From an uncultured Acidimicrobiales bacterium (GTDB lineage Bacteria > Actinomycetota > Acidimicrobiia > Acidimicrobiales > UBA10347), in NCBI GenBank assembly GCA_943788915.1, contig CALSSD010000003.1, positions 198,663 through 262,662 on the forward strand: a stretch of 64,000 bases of DNA, read 5' to 3'. This document shows positions 1 through 10,303 of the stretch, piece after piece. Below the pieces are notes generated by a model, which saw only the letters and a program-made list of their open reading frames with translations, had not been told where the DNA came from and made no database searches. The number at the start of each line of letters is the position of its first letter. Position 1 is the stretch's first letter. The position numbers were made by a program, and so were the translations under genes.

Positions 1-2
1 AC

Positions 3-827
3 TATCTCACCGGCAAAGCCGTCGACTTCAAGAAGGAACGCAAACAACACGATCGACGGCTCACCCAAGAAGAGATGGTTCAGAAACAACTTGACTCAAA
101 CTTCCGACTCATGGAACAGATCCGAGCCAGAGTCGATGCCATCGTCGAAGACCCCGTCACTGCCGAGGCCCTAAAGCCGTACTACCCCTACGGCTGCAAA
201 CGGCCGACCTTTCACGACGAATACCTGCCGTCCTTTAATCTTCCCCACGTCCACCTCGTAGACACCGCACCACTCGGCGTGCAGAAGATCAACGAACGCG
301 GGGTAGTTCACGACGGAACCGAATATCCCGTCGATGTCTTGATCTACGCGACTGGCTTCAACTGGATGGCCACATCGACATTCAACATGATCAAGGGCCG
401 GGGTGGTGTCACGCTGAGCGAAAAATGGCAGACCGAAGGCTGCAAGACATTCCTTGGGCTACACAGCAACGGCTTCCCCAACCTGTTCATCGTGAGCGGG
501 CCCCAAGGCGGCGGCGGAAGCTTCAACTTCATCGACGCAATCGAACAACACAGCGACTACATCGTCTGGATGTTGACAACAATGCGTGACCACAACCATG
601 CCGTGGTCGACATCACGACCGCTGCCGAAGAACGTTACGCAGATCATTGCGCTCAGGCCGACATCGCAACTGCGCCTCTTCGAGACTGCATTTCCTATTA
701 CAACGGCGAAGGAAATGCACCCGCTGGCAGCCTCGCCTATTACGGCGGAGGAAACTGGCACAAATGGCGGATTGCAGCCCAAGAGTCGCTTGAACCCTAC
801 GTTTTTGACGCCTACGCAACACCCTGA
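3..827 (+). CDS. Baeyer-Villiger type flavin monooxygenase, C-terminal part (5' truncated)
   Basis: Frame open from window start; GCKRP, DVLIYATGF and GFPNLF motifs of the cyclohexanone monooxygenase family. Confidence 0.85.
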   Translation, partial: YLTGKAVDFKKERKQHDRRLTQEEMVQKQLDSNFRLMEQIRARVDAIVEDPVTAEALKPYYPYGCKRPTFHDEYLPSFNLPHVHLVDTAPLGVQKINERGVVHDGTEYPVDVLIYATGFNWMATSTFNMIKGRGGVTLSEKWQTEGCKTFLGLHSNGFPNLFIVSGPQGGGGSFNFIDAIEQHSDYIVWMLTTMRDHNHAVVDITTAAEERYADHCAQADIATAPLRDCISYYNGEGNAPAGSLAYYGGGNWHKWRIAAQESLEPYVFDAYATP

Positions 828-922
828 CCCGACTGGTTAGCAGAACGCTGCAACGCCACTATCCCCAGAATTGGGTGGTCTCGGCCTAAAGGCCGAGCTC
901 CAGTTGCCGATCGGGAACGGTA

Positions 923-3373
923 ATGCACCGTTTCCACCCGAGCTGTAGCTCCTTGGCACTTGTACTTGTTGCTGGCCTGGGAACACTTCTTACTCTCGTC
1001 CCGCTGTTCGGCGTACCGTCGGCTGCCGCTCAGGACAGTAGTTCTGACGAAGTGTTGATCTTGGTCCTCGATCTGTCCGGATCGATGAATGAACAATTCG
1101 ATGCTGAGCGAACAAAGCTCGATGTCGCCAAGGCAGCGTTTACCGAAGCATTTTCCAACGTGAGTCCTGACGCTCAGGTGGGGCTCCGCACCTACGGCGA
1201 CCAGATCGAACCAACGACCCCAGCGAACCGCGGAGCAAGCTGCACCAGCGACACTCGGGTCGTTTCGCCGGTTGCACCGTTGCAACGAGACCAACTGATT
1301 GCACAGGTCCAAGGCTTCGCCGCCCTTGGCGATACACCGATGGGGCTCGCCCTTCAGCAGGCCAGCACCGATATCCCTGCAGGGTCTACGGGCACGATTG
1401 TGTTGTTTTCCGACGGCCGCGACGAATGTTTCGACGCCGACCTCGACGGCGACGCAGCGACCGGACCTTCGTTCGGAAAAGATCCGTGTGAGACAGCAAA
1501 GGCGATCACAAGCGGCGACGGGGCAGTCGATCGGGTCATCACGGTGGGTTTCCGGGCTGACACCGCAGCGGAAATAGAACTACGTTGTATCGCTGATTCC
1601 ACAGGTGGCACGTACACCGCCATCGAGACGCCTGAAGATGCTCGTAACGTCCTTCCGGAACTTCTCGTGCAACTTAGTGCACCGCGCGAAGCCCAGCGGC
1701 TCGTCGGAAGAGCGATTCAAGGCACAACCTCTCCCGATAGTGCTCCTGACCTCGTTCGTCTCGATGACATTGGCACCGTCAAGGTGCTGTACACCGACAC
1801 CATCGATATGAACAGCGTGCGCATGTACCGCATGCCCAGTTATGGGCCCGAGGGCGGCACTTTCACCGCGACGGTGTTTGGGCTTCCGCCAGAAGTTGGG
1901 ATTGCGCTGGACATGCACATCTATGTACCAAGCCTGGACCAGCGATTCTTCCAGGGAGAACACGGCGACTTCGATGCTGGGTTGCCTGAGCGTCCAACTG
2001 CCTCGATTCGGTGCACTGACTGTCGCATCACAGACGGCCCCCACGAGGCCTACTTCGTGGTCACACTCGACTCTGAAGGCCCCACGACTGAGGGCACCTA
2101 TGAGCTCGAACTCCTGACTGAGGGACCAGGATTTGGCGGTAGAACAACGAGTTGCGCAGCCCCTCAGGCCTGCTTCTATCCCCAGGAAATCATCGAACGC
2201 ACCGCTGAGCTTGACGCTGTTCTCGCGGAACTCACCGGTGACGTAGGTGAACTTGCTCCTCCCGACCTCATTGCAGAACGTGACCGCCTTCAGGCCGAGG
2301 GCGAAGCCGCACAAGAAGCAATCGACGTAGCGAACAAGCGAGCTCAAGAACTGGAGGAGCTCATTCCGCTTGCTCCGGCAAAGACTAACAACTTCCGTTT
2401 GCCCATGATGTTGGTACTCGCCGGCGCCGTTCTGGCCCTCGCCCCGCTCCGACGGCTGAAGCGGGACGCCAAAGACACCGCTGAACCGACCAACGTTGAC
2501 CTCACCGAAGCCGGCCTCACCGACGGTAGAGCAGACGACGCATCCAAGCACTCCGGCTGCGAAGGGAAGGAAAGAGACGCTGACGATGCAACCGATTCGG
2601 TGGAACCTGTCGCCATGCAAAGCAGCTCAAGCGAACGTACGGGACCCTCGCTCGAGCATCTCACCCCTGCACCTGCGGCCATCCCCACCCTGATCGACGC
2701 CGGCAACAATTCGAACGACGAGCTTGAGGCAGCGACCGCGGGGTTAGCCGAACAACGTCCCGAACGGCCGACTGCCTCGGACCAACCAACCAAGACGAAA
2801 CCATCACTTGCCGGAGCTCTGACGAACGTCGACATGCTCGACGAAACACCAGCAACACCTGAAATGCAAGCCACCGCTGGACCAACAGCCGCCCCCACAT
2901 CACCTGCTCCTGGAACAGCAGCCCCAGCCGTCGCTACCCAAGCGATCGGCGACAGGTTCACCCCAGAACAGCATGCAGCGGCCCAAGCAACTGCCCAGCA
3001 GATTGCCGCTGCACGAGCGGCCGAAGAGGCAGCTGCGCAGGCACCAGATGTGCAGCCGGCCGCACAGGCTGCAGCCGCTCCGGAGCGGGTCCCCGCATCA
3101 CAATCCGCCACCGAACCAGAGAGCATGTCTGGCCCAGCACCTGTAGAGCTACCCGCAGCCCCAACTGCAACTGATCCAACGGTACAAGCACGTGCCCAGG
3201 CGGACGACGACGCAGCTGTCCCCCCTGCGCCATCAGCAACCGAGCCACCACCAATTGCGTCAGTTCCGCCTGGTTGGTACAAAGACCCCGCATTCAGCGA
3301 TCAGTTTCGGTGGTGGGACGGCACAAGTTGGACCGAGCAGGTAGCAACGAACCAGGAGCCGTCACCTTCATGA
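923..3373 (+). CDS. Membrane-anchored vWA-domain protein with Ala/Pro-rich tail and C-terminal DUF2510-like motif
   Basis: Signal peptide; MIDAS DLSGSM..T..SDG; TM helix near aa 495; C-terminal PPGWYKDP..RWWDGTSWT. Confidence 0.85.
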   Translation: MHRFHPSCSSLALVLVAGLGTLLTLVPLFGVPSAAAQDSSSDEVLILVLDLSGSMNEQFDAERTKLDVAKAAFTEAFSNVSPDAQVGLRTYGDQIEPTTPANRGASCTSDTRVVSPVAPLQRDQLIAQVQGFAALGDTPMGLALQQASTDIPAGSTGTIVLFSDGRDECFDADLDGDAATGPSFGKDPCETAKAITSGDGAVDRVITVGFRADTAAEIELRCIADSTGGTYTAIETPEDARNVLPELLVQLSAPREAQRLVGRAIQGTTSPDSAPDLVRLDDIGTVKVLYTDTIDMNSVRMYRMPSYGPEGGTFTATVFGLPPEVGIALDMHIYVPSLDQRFFQGEHGDFDAGLPERPTASIRCTDCRITDGPHEAYFVVTLDSEGPTTEGTYELELLTEGPGFGGRTTSCAAPQACFYPQEIIERTAELDAVLAELTGDVGELAPPDLIAERDRLQAEGEAAQEAIDVANKRAQELEELIPLAPAKTNNFRLPMMLVLAGAVLALAPLRRLKRDAKDTAEPTNVDLTEAGLTDGRADDASKHSGCEGKERDADDATDSVEPVAMQSSSSERTGPSLEHLTPAPAAIPTLIDAGNNSNDELEAATAGLAEQRPERPTASDQPTKTKPSLAGALTNVDMLDETPATPEMQATAGPTAAPTSPAPGTAAPAVATQAIGDRFTPEQHAAAQATAQQIAAARAAEEAAAQAPDVQPAAQAAAAPERVPASQSATEPESMSGPAPVELPAAPTATDPTVQARAQADDDAAVPPAPSATEPPPIASVPPGWYKDPAFSDQFRWWDGTSWTEQVATNQEPSPS

Positions 3374-4560
3374 CTCTGCGCCCTCGCACCACAAGGCTCG
3401 CCGCTCTTGGTGTGCTCACAGCCCTCATCGCCATCGTCACCGCTGTTGGTCTGTGGAGCCCTATCGCCGGCGCTCAAGCAGTCGTCGTAGGTAGCGCCGA
3501 CTTCCGCAATGCCCCCGAGCTTCCGCCGGGACAGTACGTGGACCGTATTGTCACTGGTGATACGGCGTGGTATTCGATCATCTACACAAACAACACGCCG
3601 TACAACTTTGCTGTCGCCTTTCAGGACTCGCCTCCCGATCGAGGTGTCGATCTCAGTGTCAGCCTGGTCGCTCCAACGTTAACCACGGTCGATGGGCCCG
3701 CCGCTGTTGTGTCGGGCAGCGGTGTCACCTATCCCGCTGGCCACACGAACGCATGGTTCCTTAAGGTGTCGCTTGCGACGAATGACCAGATAGGCGTCGA
3801 GTACCCGATCGTGCTGACGATCGACGGGGTCCAGGCGCTAGGGACCGACGACTGCAGCGACATCGATGCATGCACGCTCGATGACGGTTACGCCGTTGTC
3901 GGTGTTGCGCTGGCCAAGGCAACCGCAGAGCTTGAACAAGCCCGATCGCAGGAAACGCTGGTTGCCGTTCAGAACCAAATTGAAAACAGTCGCGGCTTTG
4001 TCGAGAGCGCCAGCGCATTGGAACCAACCGCACAGTCGAGGCTGGCCCGAGCCGAAAGGCAGATGGCACAGTTATGCGCCCCTGACCCGATGTGCGTCGA
4101 GTTTCCGAATCCAGGATCGCGAACACCACTCATTGGGTGGATCTTCGGGTTGGCCGCACTCGGCTTTGGTGCGTTCCGAGCGTTCAAGAAGCTGACGACA
4201 GACCCGGCGCCCGCAGGCGGCCCCAGCGCCGCCGCGCCGCCTTTCTTCGCGAGAGCAAGCTCAGGCAGACAAGAAGGCACAGGTCGAAGCAAAAGTACGA
4301 CGTCGATCCTGCACCGGGCGATCCTGGCTTCGCTACACCCAGCTTCAAGCCCAGTCGCACCGGATAGGCCGTGGTTTGAGCATCGGCCGCCGACTGTGCG
4401 TCGGCCGGGGCCGGTAGAAAAATCCCTACCTGTAGCCGACCAGTTGGCTGGTCGACTACGCCCGATTTTGTACCTCGGCCTTCGGCCAGCTAGACCGCCA
4501 ACGTGGTTGCAGCTCTCCGTTCTCGGCGGTCTCTTGCAATCACGGCTCTCATCTGCGTGA
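3370..4560 (+). CDS. Secreted/membrane-anchored protein resembling the central part of the upstream vWA protein
   Basis: ATGA overlap with upstream stop; signal peptide, beta-rich domain, coiled coil, TM helix. The tail after ~4230 looks off-frame and overlaps the next gene, so the true end may be ~4417. Confidence 0.65.
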   Translation: MTLRPRTTRLAALGVLTALIAIVTAVGLWSPIAGAQAVVVGSADFRNAPELPPGQYVDRIVTGDTAWYSIIYTNNTPYNFAVAFQDSPPDRGVDLSVSLVAPTLTTVDGPAAVVSGSGVTYPAGHTNAWFLKVSLATNDQIGVEYPIVLTIDGVQALGTDDCSDIDACTLDDGYAVVGVALAKATAELEQARSQETLVAVQNQIENSRGFVESASALEPTAQSRLARAERQMAQLCAPDPMCVEFPNPGSRTPLIGWIFGLAALGFGAFRAFKKLTTDPAPAGGPSAAAPPFFARASSGRQEGTGRSKSTTSILHRAILASLHPASSPVAPDRPWFEHRPPTVRRPGPVEKSLPVADQLAGRLRPILYLGLRPARPPTWLQLSVLGGLLQSRLSSA

Positions 4561-5705
4561 CCCCCGTGATTTCGCACTCCATTGGCAGGTCCCTGTATGG
4601 CTTGCTTCTGACCGGGATTCGTGACGAGTTCGGATTGACGAATGCACAGGCCGGGTACCCAAGCTCGGGCATCTTTGTTCTGTACGTAGCAGGTGTCCTG
4701 GGCGTGGTTTTCCTGTCTCCTCGCCTCGAGCCAATCACCATCATGCGGGCCGCCGTCGTGACCAGCGTTGTCGGGCTCATCATCACATCGACCGCACAAG
4801 GGCTGCTTTCGCTCACCATCGGGGTCGCGCTCGTCGGCGGTGCTGGCGCCGGGATCTGGATGACGGCACCGGTGCTAGCGACCGAGTACGTCAGTCCGGC
4901 TCGCCGCGGGCTGGTCATTGGCGCGCTGACCTCGACAATTGGCATCTCCAATATCGCGTTCGGCATCGGCACGAGCGCGTGGCGGCGTGCTGCAGACGAC
5001 GAGCGGCTGTGGCGGCCGATCTGGTGGCTTGCGCTGGGGTTTGCTGCGTTGGTCTTGGTGGCCATGTTCACGATCGCCAAGTTTGCACCGACCGAGGGAA
5101 TTGTGGCCCGTGGCGTCGATTTCAGCATCATCAAACAGATTCCCAGGTGGCGTCAGGTCACCTTGGCTTATGCCATGTTTGGTGGCATGTCAGCAGGCTT
5201 TGCCACCTTCATCGTTGCCGCACTCGAGGAGCACGGCAACGTCGCAGAATCGAACAGCCCAATCGTATTCTCTGCGATGGGCATCGCTGGCATGGTTGCC
5301 GCGCCGTTTGCCGGTGCGATCTCGGATCGGATTGGGCGCCTAACTGTCCTTCGTACGACGCTGCTACTTCTTGTGATCGCCAACCTGTGTGTCGTTGCTG
5401 GCGGCCAGGTCGCCACCATTACCGGGGCGCTTCTCTACAGTTCAGGAGCGTCGTCGATTCCTGCCCTGATCGCCGCCCACGTCCGCGACAGCCTCGACAG
5501 CCGATCGTTCAGTCAGGCGCTCGCAATCATGACGATTCTCTTCTCCCTTATGGCTGCACTCATGCCAGCGGTTGTGGGCGCCCTGGCCGATATCTCATTT
5601 CGCTGGTCGTACCTGGCCTTGGCAGCACTACCTGCCATTGCATTCGTATTCCTTCTCGGCATCGACAGATCCGGCGCTGACCCGGCGGTCGCTCCATTGA
5701 GCTGA
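4503..5705 (+). CDS. MFS transporter
   Basis: About 12 hydrophobic helices; motif A-like GAISDRIGR. Confidence 0.85.
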   Translation: MVAALRSRRSLAITALICVTPVISHSIGRSLYGLLLTGIRDEFGLTNAQAGYPSSGIFVLYVAGVLGVVFLSPRLEPITIMRAAVVTSVVGLIITSTAQGLLSLTIGVALVGGAGAGIWMTAPVLATEYVSPARRGLVIGALTSTIGISNIAFGIGTSAWRRAADDERLWRPIWWLALGFAALVLVAMFTIAKFAPTEGIVARGVDFSIIKQIPRWRQVTLAYAMFGGMSAGFATFIVAALEEHGNVAESNSPIVFSAMGIAGMVAAPFAGAISDRIGRLTVLRTTLLLLVIANLCVVAGGQVATITGALLYSSGASSIPALIAAHVRDSLDSRSFSQALAIMTILFSLMAALMPAVVGALADISFRWSYLALAALPAIAFVFLLGIDRSGADPAVAPLS

Positions 5706-5717
5706 TACACACGGTCC

Positions 5718-6074
5718 ATGAGTGTCGTGAAGATCAATGCCCTAGAGATTCCACCACAAGCTGGCGACGAAATCGTCAAGCGATTCACAGCTCGGATGAC
5801 GAGCTTGGCCGATGTTGCGGGTTTCGAAGGTTTCGAACTGCTGCGACCAACAGGTGAGACCGAAACCCGTTGGTTCGTCTACACCCGTTGGAGCGACCAG
5901 GCCAGCTACGAAGCGTGGCGCGACGGCGATGGGGCTCGTGCCAGTCATGCGCAGTCATCAACCGAACAAGGCGACGAGGACGGGCCGGCCGAGAGCCCCC
6001 GTAAACCTGTGAGCATGGGAGCAACCCTGCTTGAGTTCGAGGTTGAGGTCAGCGCAGCCGCCTCGGGCATATGA
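5718..6074 (+). CDS. mhuD: ABM-family monooxygenase, MhuD-like heme oxygenase
   Basis: VVKINA..KRF..GF.GF.LLRP..W..H..ATLLEFEV closely matches recalled MhuD, with Asn/Trp/His retained. Confidence 0.7.
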   Translation: MSVVKINALEIPPQAGDEIVKRFTARMTSLADVAGFEGFELLRPTGETETRWFVYTRWSDQASYEAWRDGDGARASHAQSSTEQGDEDGPAESPRKPVSMGATLLEFEVEVSAAASGI

Positions 6075-6284
6075 CCGGCTGCATCTCGTCACTCCTCAGG
6101 CTCGGGCGTGGACCTGAACCTCAGTGCGCGGTGCCTCATACCTAGGATCCCCACAAATCTGTCACGGTGACCAGCTCATGCGGGGAGGGGAAGAACACTG
6201 GTACGTCGGGCCAGAATGCCATGGTTCTTAGACGACTAGATCATGCAAAGGAAAGGCGGCAACCAGTGGTTGTGGGCTGCCAGG

Positions 6285-6485
6285 TCAGGGCGTGGCCGAT
6301 GGCCGAGGAAGACTGCTGATGTCGACGAACGCTGGTGTCGGGTCGGCCCGAGCTTGTACCACGGCCACAGCTCGAGCGATGCGGTCACGTTTGGCTGTCA
6401 GGTGTGCTCGGTTGTCTGCGAGGCGTTTGATCATTGTTTTCAGTTCCCGCCCCAAAGCCTGCAGGTAACAATCGGCATTCCACAA
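6285..6485 (-). CDS. Possible small hypothetical protein
   Basis: Plausible amphipathic ORF in a 480-bp gap; no family recognised. Confidence 0.25.
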   Translation of the reverse strand: MWNADCYLQALGRELKTMIKRLADNRAHLTAKRDRIARAVAVVQARADPTPAFVDISSLPRPSATP

Positions 6486-6554
6486 TCGCCACTGATGCGA
6501 CCGGGAACAGCTACCGACCGAGGCTGGTTCGAAGGTTTCAGGTAGCGTCGAAGC

Positions 6555-7880
6555 ATGTTTCGACGCTCCCCACTTCTGCTGTTGTTGCTCCCCCTCTTTC
6601 TTGCGCTTATGTTCACCGCCACCTCCTGTTCAAACACCGCAGCGCTCGATTCACCAGTGCCAGAAGTGGCTGCAGATGCGGAACGTTCAGTTGTGCCGGA
6701 ACCAGCTTCGGAACCCGAACCCACAGCTAGACCAACGACAGCCCCAAGAGCCACTGCAGAACCCGAATCCGACGCTGACCAAGCAGTCGAAATCTACGAC
6801 GCTCCGGGTGATCTCGAACTGGTGCTGCCTGTCGACGCCGGTGCAGCTCCTGGCACGATCATCGACATCGAGGAACTCGACATTGCCGGCGCGCTTGGTA
6901 GCCGCATTCTGTATCGCTCGACCTCGGCACAAGACGAACCCATAGCCGTCTCTGGTTTCGTGATGTATCCCGATGACGAACCTCCCGTTGGTGGATGGCC
7001 TTTGATTGCATGGGCCCACGGCACCACCGGTCTTGGCGACAGCTGTGCGCCCTCCAACGAGGCCGAGAACGATCAACTCGCTCAGGCGTTGGTCGGCTTT
7101 GGGTATGCGGTCGTGGCAACCGACTACGAAGGGCTTGGCACTCCTGGTGTGCATCCGTATGTAGTTGGCGCCAGCGAAGCACACAGCGTGCTGGACAGCG
7201 TGCGAGCGGTCTATGAGCTGGGCCTGCCGGTTACAGACGAATGGGTTGTCTTCGGACATAGCCAAGGCGGCCACGCTGCCATGTTCACTGGCCAACTCCA
7301 GTCGACCTATGCCCCCGAGCTCAACATGATCGGGGTAGTCGCCGGCGCTCCCCCATCGCAGCTTGGTGAGCTAAACGACGCGTTGATTGGCGGCGACTTC
7401 CAGGGTTACCTCGTCATGACAGCTGCTGGCCTGGTGGCGGCCAACGACGATCTCGACATGGCCGACGTCTTGTCGGCTGAAGCCATCGACCTACTCGATG
7501 TGGTCGAGACCGGCTGCACCGAAGACATCTTCAACGTGTACAACCCATTCGACTACGACGCGGTAGCCATCGTAGATGACCCATTTGAGCTCGCCGACTG
7601 GGGCAACGCAGTCAGGGTCAACGACACCAACCTTTTGCCGGTCCTGGCGCCATTGCTCATTATCCACGGGGGCGAAGACGAACAGATTCCCGTAGAAACT
7701 TCGGCAACTTTGTTGGACCAACTGTGTGCGTTCGAAGACCAAGGTCCGACCGTTCGTAATGTCTACGAGGGCCAAAGTCATGCAGGAATATTGACCACCT
7801 TCGCCGCCGTGCCGGACCTGCTCGCATGGGTTGGCGGGCGTTTCGCCGGTGAACCAGCACCAGACATGTGTGCTCCATAG
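6555..7880 (+). CDS. Secretory lipase (LIP family alpha/beta hydrolase), probable lipoprotein
   Basis: Lipobox-like ATSC; WAHGTTG..CAPS; ATDYEGLG; GHSQGG nucleophile elbow; HG..D and late His. Confidence 0.88.
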   Translation: MFRRSPLLLLLLPLFLALMFTATSCSNTAALDSPVPEVAADAERSVVPEPASEPEPTARPTTAPRATAEPESDADQAVEIYDAPGDLELVLPVDAGAAPGTIIDIEELDIAGALGSRILYRSTSAQDEPIAVSGFVMYPDDEPPVGGWPLIAWAHGTTGLGDSCAPSNEAENDQLAQALVGFGYAVVATDYEGLGTPGVHPYVVGASEAHSVLDSVRAVYELGLPVTDEWVVFGHSQGGHAAMFTGQLQSTYAPELNMIGVVAGAPPSQLGELNDALIGGDFQGYLVMTAAGLVAANDDLDMADVLSAEAIDLLDVVETGCTEDIFNVYNPFDYDAVAIVDDPFELADWGNAVRVNDTNLLPVLAPLLIIHGGEDEQIPVETSATLLDQLCAFEDQGPTVRNVYEGQSHAGILTTFAAVPDLLAWVGGRFAGEPAPDMCAP

Positions 7881-7976
7881 CCCCAAATTCCGAATGGAAT
7901 AGACGATTCCCCCCTCTGGTTAAGTATTGTTGTCTAAGGCCCACGAGGGGCCATGACCGACCGATAGGAAATATGC

Positions 7977-8237
7977 ATGAAGGTTTGGATTGATCAGGAT
8001 CTCTGCACCGGCGATGGCCTCTGCGAAGAGATCGCTGACGAGGTCTTCTTCGGCAAGGACGACGGCCTGTTCTACGTCAAGGAAAGCAGCGGCAACTTCG
8101 GCGAAGAAAAGCTGTACGACGGCGACGCTCACCCCGCTGGGGCCGAGGGCATGGCCCGCATCCCCGACGGTGGACTCGAAGCGGTTATTGAAGCCGCCGA
8201 AGAGTGCCCCGGCGAGTGCATCTTCATCGAAGTCTGA
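7977..8237 (+). CDS. Monocluster ferredoxin
   Basis: MKVWIDQDLCTGDGLC...EECPGECI (CxxDxxC..CP). Confidence 0.92.
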   Translation: MKVWIDQDLCTGDGLCEEIADEVFFGKDDGLFYVKESSGNFGEEKLYDGDAHPAGAEGMARIPDGGLEAVIEAAEECPGECIFIEV

Positions 8238-8266
8238 CCGACTTCACCACCAGTCGTGAGATCTGG

Positions 8267-8292
8267 GTGAGGGATCCGAAAGGGTCCCTCAC
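8267..8292 (+). terminator. Hairpin terminator after ferredoxin
   Basis: GTGAGGGATCC-GAAA-GGGTCCCTCAC, 11-bp stem with one G-U pair; no U tract. Confidence 0.6.
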
Positions 8293-8373
8293 GAATGCTC
8301 ATTCGTCATGATCGCTGCACAGCTCATCACGCGAAATATGCGGCTCAAGCTGATGTCCGTCGGATAGTGATCG

Positions 8374-8607
8374 ATGGCACGGACTGTCGACGATGACTTC
8401 ATCCACCACGACGAACCAGAAGACTTCGATCCTGACCGACTTGTCGGGTGCGCGTACTGGCGCTGTGGTGACATCTTTGAGCAACGCACGTCGAACCATC
8501 GGTTCTGCCGCAAGGCATGCCGCAGTCGACAGCAAAAATGGGAACGGTCCCAGGCCCGCAAACAAGCCAAAGCCGACGCCAAACGACGGCGGATGACTGG
8601 GCAATAG
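8374..8607 (+). CDS. Small protein with putative zinc finger
   Basis: Cx4C...FCx3C followed by a basic helix (CGNR-like arrangement). Confidence 0.6.
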   Translation: MARTVDDDFIHHDEPEDFDPDRLVGCAYWRCGDIFEQRTSNHRFCRKACRSRQQKWERSQARKQAKADAKRRRMTGQ

Positions 8608-8619
8608 AGCCCAGTTGAC

Positions 8620-8871
8620 TTGAGCCCACAGCCTGTCGGCCGATGGCACCGTGTGGTTGTACTTTCCTCCAGCGGCATGCCTGTTGCCGACACGCCAACC
8701 GACCGACGCGCCAGCGCTCTGGTCCAGCACCAACAAGTCATGGATGAAGCCGCGGAGATCGCCCGAGTTGCTGCTCAGGCTCACCGCCTGGTCGCGGCCG
8801 CACCAGTGTTTGCTTCCCAGACGCATGGCGCCGATGTTCGTGCACGGGTCAACTGGGTGCAAGCCAGCTAA
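8620..8871 (+). CDS. Hypothetical protein
   Basis: Co-oriented ORF filling the gap 13 nt after the previous gene. Confidence 0.45.
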   Translation: MSPQPVGRWHRVVVLSSSGMPVADTPTDRRASALVQHQQVMDEAAEIARVAAQAHRLVAAAPVFASQTHGADVRARVNWVQAS

Positions 8872-8967
8872 CCCGTCTAGCCGCCGACCATCCAACGGAA
8901 TTATACGGCCGTCTTATTGTGCAGTGCGGATCTCGCTACCAACGCAGGGGACCAGTAGCGTTGGACT

Positions 8968-10195
8968 ATGGCTGACGTAAGTCCCGAGATCATCTTCAAC
9001 CCGCTCGAAGTGGGTTACACCGATAATCCGTTTCCGCATTTACAGGAAATGCGTCGACTCGACCCCGTCCATGCCTCCCCCATCGGCACCTGGATGCTGT
9101 TCGACTACGACGATTGTTTTCAACTGTTGCGCGACCCGAGCCCTGAGCGTCGACGAGAAAAACCTGGCGAACTTCGACCAAGAACGCCTCGCAGCGTTTC
9201 TTGATGCCGTCGATGGTGATGTCGAGGAACTGGAGCGCACCTCAATTCTTGGCATCGACCCACCAGACCACACCCGCCTGCGCCGCCTCGTCAGCAAGGC
9301 CTTCACCCCTCGCACTATCGAAGCGTTGCGGCCCCGTATCCAAGAACTGGTCGATGAGGCCCTCGATCGCATCCAGGCCCAGGGGCAGGCCGACGTCATC
9401 TCTGAACTGGCGTTCACCCTTCCGTTCGATGTCATCTCCGAGATGTTGGGTATGCCCGAAGGCGACACGCAGGCACTTCGCTCCTGGTCCGAAGACATCG
9501 TAAAGACGCTCGACCCAATCATCACCGAAGACGAGATCAAGGCCGCCGTCGTCGCCAATCGAGCCATGGACGCCCACATCGCAAACGTGATCTCTTGGAA
9601 ACGAGAGAACCCTGCTGATGACTTGCTCACCGCCATGATCGAGGCCGAAGAAGACGGCGACCGCATGTCTAGTCAGGAGCTGAGCGATCAGGTCGGCCTG
9701 CTGTTCATTGCTGGCCATGAAACCACCGTGAACCTGATCGGCACGGGTATCGCCGAACTCTTGGGCCGACCCGACCAAGCTCAAATGATCCGGAGTGCCG
9801 AGCTTACGATGAACGGCGTCGACGAACTGTTGCGATTCGTGAGCCCGGTGCAGATGTCACGACGGATCACGACCCAAGACATTGAGATGCAGGGCCGTAC
9901 GATTCCGACCGGCACCATGGTCATGGCGGCGCTGGCCTCAGCAAACCGTGACGATGCCAAGTGGGGCGCAACCGGCGACGAACTCGACCTAACTCGAGAT
10001 GGCGCTGGGCAACACTTATCATTCGGTAGCGGCATTCACTATTGCCTTGGCGCGTCACTCGCCAAGCTCGAAGGCCAGGTCGCGATTGGCTCATTCATCA
10101 AGCGATTCCCAAACGCCACCATTGTTGACCAGCAGTTCAATGGCCGCATCAACCTGCGTGGCCTTGAGCGCCTCATCGTCGACGTCACTGACTGA
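8968..10195 (+). CDS. Cytochrome P450 (one frameshift at ~9141-9143)
   Basis: DPPDHTRLRRLV, AGHETT, ELLR and FGSGIHYCLG motifs; removing one C from CCC at 9141 joins ORFs 8968 and 9071 (LRDPSLSVDEK). Confidence 0.9.
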
Positions 10196-10303
10196 GCTAG
10201 CTGTCTGCGTCATCGGCCATGCCAGTCGGCCAACGGCGGCATCCTGCGGGGTCACGGCCAGACCTTCGAGTGAGCCATACAAGGGACTGTCGGCCCTAGC
10301 TGT

